Shown here: positions 1 through 9,841 of the stretch, piece after piece
Layout of the letters: the number at the start of each line of letters is the position of its first letter
Position numbering within the stretch: position 1 is the stretch's first letter
Notes under the pieces: model-generated
The model's input: only the letters and a program-made list of their open reading frames with translations
Databases searched by the model: none
What the model was told of the DNA's origin: nothing
Assembly: GCA_964291295.2 (NCBI GenBank)
Contig: OZ219754.1
Span: 2,816,001 to 2,880,000, forward strand
Reading direction: 5' to 3'
Source: an uncultured Candidatus Binatia bacterium
GTDB taxonomy: Bacteria > Desulfobacterota > Binatia > UBA9968 > JAJDTQ01
DNA: 64,000 bases
Made by a program: the position numbers and the translations under genes

Positions 1-762
1 CGGGAGAATGCCCCGCGCCGGCAGATGGACGATCATGTCGGGACGGCCGTTGTCGGTGACCGCCTGCTCCTCGAAGTCCACATGGGGCACCATGTCCGCC
101 AGTTCCACCACCCGGCGCAGCTGCAACTCCCCCCAGCGGCCGCGGGCCGCTGGCGCCGCCCGCAACGCCTGCACCAGCGGTCCGAGCTGCCGAAGCTGCT
201 CCTGGAGGCCCTGGTACGCCCCTTCGCGCTTCTGCTCCATCTGCTGCACCTGCCGGTCCAGCTCCTGCACGGTCTTGCCGAGGGGCTCGACGAGATTGCG
301 CAACTCCTCCTTTTGGGTGCCCCAGTCGCCGCGCACCTCCGTCAGCATGTGCCCCATCTGTTCCCGGCTATGCTTGAGAAACCCCTCGGTGTTGTCCTGG
401 AGCGAACGGGAGGCCAAGGCCTGGAACACCTCCCTGAGGCGCGTCTCGGCAGCCTCCACCCAGCGCAGCTTCTCCGCATCCGCCTCCCGCTCCTTGCGTA
501 CTTCGGCGGCCTGGACATGCGCGCGCTGACAGGCTTCCTGGACCTGCCGCAGCTGCTCCTCGAGACCGGGAACCCGATCCGCCACCTGCTCCGCCCGGGC
601 CTTGTCCTCCGAAAGCTGACGAATGGTCTGCTGCGCTTCCTCGACGCGGTCGCGCGCTTCATGCCGCCAGCTCGCCAGCTCCCGGGCCGCGGCAATTCGA
701 GCGACCATCCAGGCCACCAGCGCGCCTGCCGCCGCGCCTATGACGACAAGGACAAATTCCAT
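1..762 (-). CDS. rmuC: DNA recombination protein RmuC (3' end runs off the window)
   Basis: Not in the ORF track. Hand translation from ATG 762 gives MEFVLVVIGAAAGALVAW (TM anchor), a coiled coil, then ARGRWGELQLRRVVELADM...DFEEQ...RPDMIVHLP, the RmuC signature. Confidence 0.9.
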   Translation of the reverse strand, partial: MEFVLVVIGAAAGALVAWMVARIAAARELASWRHEARDRVEEAQQTIRQLSEDKARAEQVADRVPGLEEQLRQVQEACQRAHVQAAEVRKEREADAEKLRWVEAAETRLREVFQALASRSLQDNTEGFLKHSREQMGHMLTEVRGDWGTQKEELRNLVEPLGKTVQELDRQVQQMEQKREGAYQGLQEQLRQLGPLVQALRAAPAARGRWGELQLRRVVELADMVPHVDFEEQAVTDNGRPDMIVHLPARGILP

Positions 763-915
763 GAGCGGCTCATGAGGCCGGGGGTCGGGAGTTCCCGGCA
801 CCGCAGTGCGCGCCGGTGCCGATGAATTCCGGCCGTCGGGCGCACTTCCGGTCTTGCGCGCACCCCGTCTTGCGCGGCCCGCCGGCCACACCTCTCGAAG
901 CCGGCACGCCGGCGT

Positions 916-1728
916 TCACCGTCGGACCCCGTGGCCGCCCTTGCGAAGAATGCGCTGGATCTGCTGCAACTTTCCCCCATCCCACGTCTGCAACGCGCTT
1001 CCTTCGGGAAGCTGCGCGATCACCTTCCGGGTGTTGGCAATACGGGTTTCGGTGGCGGGATGGCTGGACAGGAAGCTCGGTGCCGAGCGGCCGCCCTCTT
1101 TCCTGAGGGTCTCGAAAAAGGTCACCAGCCCTCGCGGATCGTATCCCGACCTGAACATGAGCCCCACGGCAAATGCGTCCGCCTCGTTCTCGGCCTCCCG
1201 GCTGAAGGTGTTGAGGTAGCCCATGGCGGCAAAACCGCCGAGGGCGTGTATCGCCCGGCCGGCTTCCGGCCCGCCGGCCAACTCGGCCACCATCACCCCT
1301 GTCTGATGCAGGATGTTGGTGGTCAGGGCGCGATTGAAGTTCTTCGCGACGTGGCGTCTGGCGACGTGTCCGATCTCGTGAGCGATGACACCGGCCAGTT
1401 CGCTGACATTGCGCGCCTTGAGCAGCGTTCCCGTGTAGAGATAGATGTGACCGGCCGGTGCGGCGAACGCGTTCACTTCGTCCCTGGCCACCACATGAAA
1501 GCGATAGGTGAAGGGTTGCGGGGCGGCTTCCCGCAACAGCCTCTCGCCGATGACCGAAACGTAGCCGACCACGTCCGGATTGCGCACGAGATCGGCGCGG
1601 CGATTGAAGGAACGGGAGAAATCAGCACCCAGGCTGCGTTCCTGGTCCACGCTCAACGGCATGCACGCCGCCGGCGTCATTGCCAGAAGGGAACAGATCA
1701 AACATTCCACGGCCCGGACCCAACGCAT
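916..1728 (-). CDS. M48 family zinc metallopeptidase (BepA/YfgC-like), probable lipoprotein
   Basis: VNAFAAPAGHIY, ELAGVIAHEIGH (HEXXH), FSREAENEAD, LSSHP; hydrophobic N-terminus ending in AAC. Confidence 0.88.
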   Translation of the reverse strand: MRWVRAVECLICSLLAMTPAACMPLSVDQERSLGADFSRSFNRRADLVRNPDVVGYVSVIGERLLREAAPQPFTYRFHVVARDEVNAFAAPAGHIYLYTGTLLKARNVSELAGVIAHEIGHVARRHVAKNFNRALTTNILHQTGVMVAELAGGPEAGRAIHALGGFAAMGYLNTFSREAENEADAFAVGLMFRSGYDPRGLVTFFETLRKEGGRSAPSFLSSHPATETRIANTRKVIAQLPEGSALQTWDGGKLQQIQRILRKGGHGVRR

Positions 1729-1863
1729 GCCCCAAGGTTAACCGCAGCCATCCGCCCTTTCAAGCAGTGCGGCCGGGCCGCCACCCGGACCGGCCAAAGC
1801 GCCGCGACGGATTCTCAAAGGAAACGCGGTGCGTTACAATCCGCGGACGGCTGGAGTGAACGG

Positions 1864-2559
1864 ATGAGGGCGGCATCAAATCCGAAAAAGATCGCTGGAG
1901 AGCGCGCTGCGGAGTACGCCGCCAATGACATGATCGTGGGGCTCGGCACGGGCTCGACGGCCTGTTTCGCCATTGTCCGCCTGGCGGAGAGAATCCGGGA
2001 GGAAGGACTGCGCATCCGTTGCATCGCGACCTCCGAACGCTCCGCGACCCTGGCGCGGCAACTGGACGTTCCGTTGACCGGCTTCGACGAGGTGCTCCAC
2101 GTTGACCTCACCATCGACGGCGCCGACGAAGTGGACCCGGCCTTCAATCTCATCAAGGGGGGCGGGGGGGCGCTCCTGCGCGAAAAGTTCGTCGCCTCCG
2201 CCACCGATATCGAACTGATCATCGTCGACGAGGGGAAGCTCAAGCGGCGCCTCGGCGCCTTTCCCGTGCCCGTGGAGGTGGTCCCCTTCGGCTGGCGGCT
2301 CACGCGTCAACGCCTGCAGGGGCTGGGGTGCGAGGCACGGTTGCGCGCGTCCGACGGGCACCCTTTTGTCACCGACAACGGCAACTATATCGTGGACTGC
2401 TCCTTCGGCGCCATCGAGGACCCGCCCGGGCTCGAACGCCGGATGGTCGAAACCTGCGGCGTGGTGGAGTGCGGCATCTTCGCCGGACTCGCAACCCGGA
2501 TCGTGGTCGGAAAGTCCGACGGGAGCCTGGAAGAGAGAGCCGAGCCCGCCCGGCTCTGA
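1864..2559 (+). CDS. rpiA: Ribose-5-phosphate isomerase A
   Basis: GLGTGST, DGADEVD, IKGGGGALLREK, TDNGNYIVD. Start trimmed to ATG 1864 from ORF 931..2559. Confidence 0.96.
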   Translation: MRAASNPKKIAGERAAEYAANDMIVGLGTGSTACFAIVRLAERIREEGLRIRCIATSERSATLARQLDVPLTGFDEVLHVDLTIDGADEVDPAFNLIKGGGGALLREKFVASATDIELIIVDEGKLKRRLGAFPVPVEVVPFGWRLTRQRLQGLGCEARLRASDGHPFVTDNGNYIVDCSFGAIEDPPGLERRMVETCGVVECGIFAGLATRIVVGKSDGSLEERAEPARL

Positions 2560-2599
2560 CGGAAGCTCTGAACCACCCCGGTGCGGGCGGCGGTGCGGC

Positions 2600-5500
2600 T
2601 CACCGCTCCGGCTCGAAGACAAGTTCGGGCACCACCACCTCCCAGCCATGGCATTTCGCGGTGTCGCGGTATTTCGGGTCTGAAGCCTCGCGGCTCCAGC
2701 CCACCACCGCGAACACTTCCGCCCACCGGCACCGGGTTCCGGACGGCGGTCTGAACGACCCGGCCATGCGCCCCACGGTGCGGCCGGCCCGGTCCAGCAA
2801 CAGCCAGCGCCCGTCGCTTCCGATCCGCACGTCCAGGGCATCGCCGATGGACAACGCGGCGATGGCGCCGTGTATCGGGTCGTCCGCATGACAGCGTCCG
2901 GCGAACCCCAGATCGACGTCCCCGAGAGTCGGCCGGACATGGCGATACGACACCGCCTCGGGGCACGGCGGAAGCTCGGCGGCCTCCCGGAGCACCGTGG
3001 CGGGATGGTCCAGCAATTCGTCCTGCAGACCTCGGGAACCGTCGAGGCGCGCCAGCGTGAGCGTCTGCCGCGCCCGCGTCATGGCCACATAGTACAGGCG
3101 CCGCGGCGCATCGAAATCCTCGTTGTGGCCCACGCGTTCCCAGCTGCCGTCGAGCACCGCCACGTGATCGAACTCCAGCCCCTTGGCGCGATGGGCGGTG
3201 AGCAGCAACAGTCCCCGCTGGCGGCGGCGTATGCCCTGGCCCCACTCGGCCAGCCACTCGATGAAATGCTCCACCGGGGTTTCCCCGCCGCCGGTTTCCA
3301 GCGCATGTTCCTCGACGGCCTGGCGCAGCAGATCGTGCCAGGGATCGGCGGGCCACGCGTCCGCCCGGCGGCGCAGGGACGCGCCGTCGACGATCCGCGT
3401 TTCACGCTGGCACAGCCAGTCGACGAACGTCCGGGTCTCCCGCAGGTGCCAGAAACTCGGTATCTCCTCGTTCGCCATCTGCACCGGAATGGCATGCGCC
3501 TCGCAGAATGCCCGCACCGGCACCAAGTACTCCCACTCGCGCGCCACCGCCGCGCACCGCGACCAGTCCCAGGCGGGGGCCCGTGCGGAGAGACGCTGCA
3601 ACTCCGCCATGACCGCCCGCGCCTGGTGGACCGCATCGCCGCCGGCCGGCAGTATCTGTACCCGCCCGCGCGCCATTGGATCCAGGGCCGTCCACGCACC
3701 GCCCGGCGGCTCCTTCTCGCGGGCGCGGTTGACATGGATGGGATGCTCCGCCTTCATGCGGCTCCGCGCGGATTCGATCACCGCGTTGGCCGCGGCCACG
3801 ATATGGGCCGTCGAACGGTAGTTGGCGGTGAGGTAGCCGGGCTTCGGTCCGTAGTCGGCCTCGAAGCGCCGGATGAACTCCACCGACGCGCCATTGAAGG
3901 CGTAGATGTTCTGATCGTCATCCCCGACCGCGAACAGGGTCAGCTTGCCGGCGTCGTCTTCCAGCGTCCGGCCGGCCAGCGCCGATATCAGTTCGTACTG
4001 CTCGGGGCCGACATCCTGATACTCGTCCACGAGAATCCAGCGAAAACCCGCCAGCAGCCGTTCGCGGCGCTCATCCGCCTCTTCCGGCGACAGATCTTCG
4101 CCCCGGAGCAGTGCCACGGCCCGGCGCATCACCTCCCTGAATGTCTCCTGGTCCGGCCGCTCCCACCGGCCGGTGAAGCTTGCGCCCGCCAGGCGCATGG
4201 CCAGGGCGTGGCAGGTGAGCACCGTCACGCCGCGGGCGTCGCCGCCGATCAGCTCGCCAAGCCGGCGGCGGATGTCCACGGCCGCGTGGCGGTTGTAGGC
4301 CAGCGCAAGGATGCCCCGGGCACTCTCCCGTCGGACGCGGATCAGCCAGGCGATGCGATGGACCAGCACGCGCGTCTTGCCGGAGCCGGGGCCTGCGAGC
4401 ACCAGCACGTGGGTGCGGTCCCGATCGTCGGCCACGATACGCTGCTGGACCGGGTTTCCCAGAGCTTCGACGATGGCGCGCCACGACGCCGGCGTCGTCT
4501 GCCGGCCGATCTCCCGGTCCCGTCCGGGAAGCCAGCGGGCGAGGAACTCCTTCGTCCCGAGGGCGAAATAGTCCATCGCCAGGCGCAGCGCCTCGCTCAT
4601 GGCGGCAAGGCCGCGCTCGGCGAACTCCACCATGACGTGGACCTGCAGCACCTGACCCCTGTAGTGAAGCGCAAGAGGTTCGAAGTCCGCCCTGGAAAAG
4701 CCGCGCCGCTCCCGCTGCTCCAGCCGGATCGTCATGGCCGGGCGGAACACCGCCAGCCCCTTGTTGAGGCGAAGCACCTCCTGCTCGTGGAGCCAGAGCA
4801 GAGCCCGGTCCAGCAGCCGGGTCGGGTTCCGAACCCTGCTTTTCAGGAGCAGGTCGGACTGGATCGCCTGCAGGAGTTTCCCGAGCGTGCTCTCGGCCAG
4901 AAGATCGGTACCCCGGCTGCCGGAGGGCAGGCAGCCGAGCAGATGTTCCAGAAGGCGGGCGGCCGCCTCGCGGCGCAGGCGGGCGGTTTCTTCGAGCGCG
5001 CCCCACTCGCGTTGCAGCGTGACATGCGCGGTCTCCGCATCGCGTTTGCGGACCGTGAGGCTGCCGGCGGCGCCGTCGTCCTCGCCGCGCCCGTCCCAGG
5101 CGATGCTGCGGATGATGCGGAACAACCGTTCCGGCAGAGGATCCACCAGACCCTGGTCCCGCAACACCTGGGCGGCGACGCGCAGATGGAGAGTCGAGCG
5201 GTCTCCCTTCCCGAGGTCGGGAGCGGCCTCCCGCATGTGGGTGATGAGGGCGGTTTCCAGCGCCGCCGCCTCTTCGAGACGCTTCCGCGACGAGCGCTCC
5301 ACGCCGGTGTGGACGAACGCGGTCAGCGCCGTGTCGTTGCTGGCAATGCCGACCCGCTCAAGGTCGTACAGGGCACCGCGTACACCTTCGGGAGTCAGGC
5401 CCGAGACCCCCATCAGCTCGTCCGTGCTCATCCCTTCGTCGGCGTTCGCGCCGATCAGTACTTCCACGATGCGCAGCAACTGTGCGCGATAGGCCGCCGC

Positions 5501-7762
5501 GGTCCCGGCCTTGGCCAGCCGCTGTCGGGCCTCGTCGATTGAATTCACCCGCAGCGAAGACGGAAACACCTGGACGAAGTTCTCCTCCCGGGTCAGGAGT
5601 TGCGATTCCTCCAACCAGGCGATGGCGGTGCGCACCCGGGTATCGTCGGTGGCGGAATCGCGTTCGAACACCTTTTCATCGTCCTCACCAAGGATTTCCC
5701 CGGCGGTGGCCACCACGTCGCCGCCAAAGCGCTTCTTGCGGTCGAGATTGCGCAGGGCTCTCAGCACCCCGTGAATCTCCTCGCGGGTGAGCCGCGAGAG
5801 CGCCGACATGCCGAACTGACGCTCGACATCATCCGCCGCATAGAGAAGAACGCAACGCGCCGGATCGCGGTCGCGCCCGGCGCGGCCGGCCTCCTGGAGA
5901 TAGTTCTCCAGCGAACCCGGTATGGCGGCGTGGATCACCAGCCGCACGTCGGGCTTGTCGATCCCCATGCCGAAGGCGTTGGTGGCGGCCACCGCGCGCA
6001 GATCGCCGGCGATGAACCGCCGCTGCACATCCTTCTTCGTCTCGGGAGACAGACCCGCGTGGAAACGTTCCGCCGCGACACCCTTCCGCTGAAGGTACTC
6101 CGCGATGTCCTCGCTTTGCTGGCGCGTCGCGCAGTAGACGATGGTGCCGCCGGGCTGGCCGGGAGGCAGATGGGACGTGATCACCTGGAGAATGTCCGAG
6201 AACTTCTCGCCTCCCGTGGCGGGGATCACCTCGAAGTCGAGATTGGCGCGCTCGGCGCCGCCGTCGAACACGGCCAGTTCGATGCCGAGCTTCTCCCGGA
6301 AATGCCGGGCGATGTCTCCGACGACATCGGGCTTGGCGGTGGCGGTCAGGCACAGCACCGGAGGCACCGGCCCGCCGCCCGCCTTCTCCCGGATGAAACG
6401 GCCCACATACCGGTAGTCGGGCCGGAAGTCGTGGCCCCAGCGCGACAGGCAATGCGCCTCGTCCAGCACCCAGGCGCCGATCTCGCGCTGGGCCAGCGCC
6501 CGCCGCAGGGCACGGGAGCGCAACTGCTCCGGCGAGATCAGCAGGATGCCGGCGTCGCCCAGCCGGACCCGATCCAGGGCGTCGGCGCGCTCCGGCATCG
6601 ACAGCAGCCCGTTGACGGTGACGCAGCAGCCGACGCCGTGCTGCTCCAGCCCGGCCACCTGGTCCGCCATCAGCGCCACCAGGGGCGAGACCGCCACCGT
6701 CAGCGCGCCGGTCTTGTGGTAGCGCGACAGCGCGGGGAGCTGGTAGCAGATGGACTTCCCGGTGCCGGTGGGGAGAATCCCGAGCACATGCCGTCCCGCC
6801 AGCACCTCCTCGACGATGACCTGCTGCAGGGGCCTGCCGTCCTGGTCCGCGGGTTGGGGTCGAAAGCCGTCATGGCCGAACCAGCGTTTCAACTCCCTGA
6901 CCGCGTCATGATATTCCCGGCACCAGCCGCAGGCCGGATCGGTGCAGGCGGTGTCCCTGAGGCGCCGCACCCAATGCCCCGCTTCTGGAAACTGCTGGCG
7001 CACCCAGGGCGGCATCACCGAGTTGCCGCCTGCGACCGACAGCCACGCCAGGGCATAGGCCAGCGCCCAGCCGAGTTGTTCCGCGTTCTCCATGGCGCTG
7101 TGCGCCTGGGTCCCGCAGGCGGCACCCTCCAGCCTCCGTTCCATTGCCGCCGCGGCCTCCGCCCGGGACGGACGCCGGGCTCGGCGAACCTGCCGGAAGA
7201 ACTTGTCCAGAGCCCGGTCCGCACCGGCAGGATCCGGCGTGCACAGCCAGTGCCATGCAGCGAGCAGATCCGGCGCGGCCTTGGCCAACGCTTCGCGCTC
7301 GTCGCCGAAGAGCTCCAGTGCCAGGCGGGAATCGAGTTCGGGATCGTTCACGCGGCCGCGCCTGAGGCCACCGTCCTGGTAGTGCTTGACGAGGTGGTGA
7401 TAGGGATTGCGGGGGAAGGCCAGCGGACTGAGGAGCAACGTGTCCACCGCGGGCAGCTTCAGCAGCCGGAGGTCCGGCTTCGCCGCCGCCAGGTGGGGCA
7501 GGTCGAATGCGATCAGATTGTGCCCCAGCACGAAGGAGGCGCCCTCGGCGAAATCGTCGAGCTGCGCCAGAGCGGCGGCCCGGCTGTCCACCGCATGCGT
7601 CATGCTGCGGCCGGTATCCGCGCGCACCGCCCCCAGGGCATGAATATTGCCGTTCCTGCCGACCTCGATATCCAGGGAAACGCAGGGCGGCCGGAAGAAG
7701 GCGCCCGGCCGGGACGAGGCCCGGCCCGAGTCCGGTGGGGCGTTGGCCGCTCCGTTGCTCAC
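2600..7762 (-). CDS. Large fusion: DEDD-like 3'-5' exonuclease + RecQ (SF2) helicase + UvrD (SF1) helicase
   Basis: Exonuclease: LDIE, GHN..FD, DTL. RecQ: LPTGTGKS, DEAHC..WGHDFRPDY, ATNAFGMGIDK, QEAGRAGRD. UvrD: AGPGSGKT, DEYQD, VGDDDQNIY, NYRS, AKGLEF, YVAMTRA. GTG 7762 chosen for its GAGGA RBS. Confidence 0.9.
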   Translation of the reverse strand: MSNGAANAPPDSGRASSRPGAFFRPPCVSLDIEVGRNGNIHALGAVRADTGRSMTHAVDSRAAALAQLDDFAEGASFVLGHNLIAFDLPHLAAAKPDLRLLKLPAVDTLLLSPLAFPRNPYHHLVKHYQDGGLRRGRVNDPELDSRLALELFGDEREALAKAAPDLLAAWHWLCTPDPAGADRALDKFFRQVRRARRPSRAEAAAAMERRLEGAACGTQAHSAMENAEQLGWALAYALAWLSVAGGNSVMPPWVRQQFPEAGHWVRRLRDTACTDPACGWCREYHDAVRELKRWFGHDGFRPQPADQDGRPLQQVIVEEVLAGRHVLGILPTGTGKSICYQLPALSRYHKTGALTVAVSPLVALMADQVAGLEQHGVGCCVTVNGLLSMPERADALDRVRLGDAGILLISPEQLRSRALRRALAQREIGAWVLDEAHCLSRWGHDFRPDYRYVGRFIREKAGGGPVPPVLCLTATAKPDVVGDIARHFREKLGIELAVFDGGAERANLDFEVIPATGGEKFSDILQVITSHLPPGQPGGTIVYCATRQQSEDIAEYLQRKGVAAERFHAGLSPETKKDVQRRFIAGDLRAVAATNAFGMGIDKPDVRLVIHAAIPGSLENYLQEAGRAGRDRDPARCVLLYAADDVERQFGMSALSRLTREEIHGVLRALRNLDRKKRFGGDVVATAGEILGEDDEKVFERDSATDDTRVRTAIAWLEESQLLTREENFVQVFPSSLRVNSIDEARQRLAKAGTAAAYRAQLLRIVEVLIGANADEGMSTDELMGVSGLTPEGVRGALYDLERVGIASNDTALTAFVHTGVERSSRKRLEEAAALETALITHMREAAPDLGKGDRSTLHLRVAAQVLRDQGLVDPLPERLFRIIRSIAWDGRGEDDGAAGSLTVRKRDAETAHVTLQREWGALEETARLRREAAARLLEHLLGCLPSGSRGTDLLAESTLGKLLQAIQSDLLLKSRVRNPTRLLDRALLWLHEQEVLRLNKGLAVFRPAMTIRLEQRERRGFSRADFEPLALHYRGQVLQVHVMVEFAERGLAAMSEALRLAMDYFALGTKEFLARWLPGRDREIGRQTTPASWRAIVEALGNPVQQRIVADDRDRTHVLVLAGPGSGKTRVLVHRIAWLIRVRRESARGILALAYNRHAAVDIRRRLGELIGGDARGVTVLTCHALAMRLAGASFTGRWERPDQETFREVMRRAVALLRGEDLSPEEADERRERLLAGFRWILVDEYQDVGPEQYELISALAGRTLEDDAGKLTLFAVGDDDQNIYAFNGASVEFIRRFEADYGPKPGYLTANYRSTAHIVAAANAVIESARSRMKAEHPIHVNRAREKEPPGGAWTALDPMARGRVQILPAGGDAVHQARAVMAELQRLSARAPAWDWSRCAAVAREWEYLVPVRAFCEAHAIPVQMANEEIPSFWHLRETRTFVDWLCQRETRIVDGASLRRRADAWPADPWHDLLRQAVEEHALETGGGETPVEHFIEWLAEWGQGIRRRQRGLLLLTAHRAKGLEFDHVAVLDGSWERVGHNEDFDAPRRLYYVAMTRARQTLTLARLDGSRGLQDELLDHPATVLREAAELPPCPEAVSYRHVRPTLGDVDLGFAGRCHADDPIHGAIAALSIGDALDVRIGSDGRWLLLDRAGRTVGRMAGSFRPPSGTRCRWAEVFAVVGWSREASDPKYRDTAKCHGWEVVVPELVFEPER

Positions 7763-8142
7763 GCGGCGTCCTCGCTCATGTCCGTGAATCGGCGTGCAGG
7801 GCGGTAAGCAGAGCCTGTGCCCCCGCCCGCTGCCGTCGCTGCCCGGAACTGCGGCCGGTGGGCGCCGCTCCTTGCTTCGGTCTTGGCGCCGGCGGCTGTC
7901 AGGACATGCCAAGATGCCGCGAGGCCGTCCCCGGAGTCTGCGCCGCAGGACGTTTCGGGAGGTGAGGGGCGGGAGAACAGTTCCGGATTCTCGTCCAGAA
8001 TTCCGGAAGTGTGCAGCCTCGCCCCATTGGAAAACAGGAGGCGGGCGTCAACGGGACATGGCCCGGGAGCCCCTTGGTACTCCGATGGATCTCTGCCCCG
8101 GGAAGATTTTCTGCGGCCCAGACTCGCAGCCGAAGAGTCCGG

Positions 8143-8436
8143 CTACCAGCGGTTCGTGCCGCCGCCACCTCCGAAACCGCCGCGACGTTCCTGCGGGCGC
8201 GCTTCGCTGACCGTCAGCTTGCGTCCACCCAGTTCCGAATCGTGCAGGGCATCGATGGCCCGTTGCGCCTCTTCGCCGGACGCCATCTCCACGAAGCCGA
8301 ACCCCCTGGAGCGTCCGGTGAACTTGTCCGTGATCACCCGGGCCGATACCACGGTTCCGTGTGCGGCGAAGACATCCTGGAGCTGATCCTCGGTCGTCGA
8401 ATAGGGCAGACCACCCACATAAAGCTTCTCGTTCAT
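8143..8436 (-). CDS. RRM-domain RNA-binding protein with Gly-rich tail
   Basis: RNP2 LYVGGL, RNP1 RGFGFVEM, tail RRGGFGGGGG; GGAGG RBS before ATG 8436. Confidence 0.95.
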   Translation of the reverse strand: MNEKLYVGGLPYSTTEDQLQDVFAAHGTVVSARVITDKFTGRSRGFGFVEMASGEEAQRAIDALHDSELGGRKLTVSEARPQERRGGFGGGGGTNRW

Positions 8437-8574
8437 GCTCTCCTCCATCTTGCTTGACAGCCACGAGACAGGCACGGCGAAAGGAGCAGAGCAAACGTGG
8501 GATGATCACGACACTCCGGACGGCTTTGGTCTTACGCTGTCTCCATGCGCACAACTCGGTCGTCTACGGTGTCA

Positions 8575-8603
8575 CTTATATTGACCTGCATTGCGCATGT
8601 CAA
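8575..8603 (-). promoter_or_regulatory. sigma70-type promoter of RRM gene 1
   Basis: TTGACA-17 nt-TATAAG on the minus strand, ~140 nt upstream of the start codon. Confidence 0.7.
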
Positions 8604-8680
8604 CCGGCCGACACCACTTGTCACCAATTGTTCACGAATCGCCAATGGTCCATGCCCGATCCGGGAAGAAGCGGACGCCG

Positions 8681-9841
8681 TCAGCGAAGAAGCCGGTAGA
8701 CCAGTGGCGTACCCAGCGTGATGAGCATGAAGAAACACCCGGCGGCCAGGAACATGGCTTCGAACCCCCACGCATCGGCCGCCCAGCCGAGCAGCAGGGG
8801 AAGCGCCATGGGCGCGATGTTCCAGCCGAGGCCGGTGGCGGCCATGACCGCGGAGCGGTCGCGGGCCTTGCTCAGGTCCACGGCCTGCACCTGATTGAGC
8901 AGGTCGGCCACACCGCCGGCCATGCCCAGACCGGCGATGCAAAGCCCCAGCAACACCAGTCCCCCGGTCCAGGCGCTGGCCAGGATGCAGATGCCGAGGC
9001 CGCCCATGCCGAGTGCATAGAAGAGCTTCTCCCGCTCGATGGTGATCTCCGAGCCGAAGGCCAGGCCAATGACCACAGGGCCGACGGAGCGTACGGCGAT
9101 CACCACGCTGATCCATCCCTCGGGAAAATCGAGTCCGCTCATGTACACGGGATAGATGGACTGGGTGATGCCGAATGGTACCGCGGCCGCGCATGAACTG
9201 GAGAGCAGCAACCAGGTGCGCCTTTCGACCAACCGACGGCTCATCTCCACGGTGACCTGCCAGACGGTGCGGCCGCCCATGTCCAGGCGGATCGGCGGCA
9301 GCGCGAAACCCAGCAACATGCTGGCGACGCATGCCAGCGCCACCAGGATGAAGGTGGGACCGTAACCGAGCCAACCCGCGAGAATCCCCCCGAAGGCGAG
9401 TCCCAGCAGCTGGCCGGTGTAGTTGGCCGCGGAGAGCTGGCCCAGCATCCTGCCGGGATTGATGCTGTCGAGTTGACTGGCCATGGACTGGGCCGGGACC
9501 CAGAACATGCTGCGGGAGAGATTCGCCAGTGCGCTGGACAGCATCAGCGAGAAGAACCCGCTGGCCATGCACAGGGCCACCGCCGCCAGAACGTTGAGGG
9601 CATAGCAGGCCTGCAGCATGCGATGCTCGCCGTAGCGGTCCGCGAAGGCGCCGCCGACGAAACGCATGACGAGGGTCATCAGGTAGGGAAGTCCGACCAG
9701 GGAGCCGATATCGAGTACGGACAGGCCCAAGCTCACGCCGAAGAGCGGCGTGAGCACGAACAGCATGCCGTTGCACATGTTCCAAAGGAGCGCTCCCAGG
9801 AAAAGCACCCCGCGGACCGGCCGCCCGTCACGGCCGCGCAC
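8681..9841 (-). CDS. MFS transporter
   Basis: About 12 hydrophobic segments; motif A-like GAFADRYGEHR. Confidence 0.9.
   Translation of the reverse strand: MRGRDGRPVRGVLFLGALLWNMCNGMLFVLTPLFGVSLGLSVLDIGSLVGLPYLMTLVMRFVGGAFADRYGEHRMLQACYALNVLAAVALCMASGFFSLMLSSALANLSRSMFWVPAQSMASQLDSINPGRMLGQLSAANYTGQLLGLAFGGILAGWLGYGPTFILVALACVASMLLGFALPPIRLDMGGRTVWQVTVEMSRRLVERRTWLLLSSSCAAAVPFGITQSIYPVYMSGLDFPEGWISVVIAVRSVGPVVIGLAFGSEITIEREKLFYALGMGGLGICILASAWTGGLVLLGLCIAGLGMAGGVADLLNQVQAVDLSKARDRSAVMAATGLGWNIAPMALPLLLGWAADAWGFEAMFLAAGCFFMLITLGTPLVYRLLR

Noticed and set aside
25-825. Plus-strand 266-aa ORF
   Set aside because: Shadow of rmuC on the minus strand.
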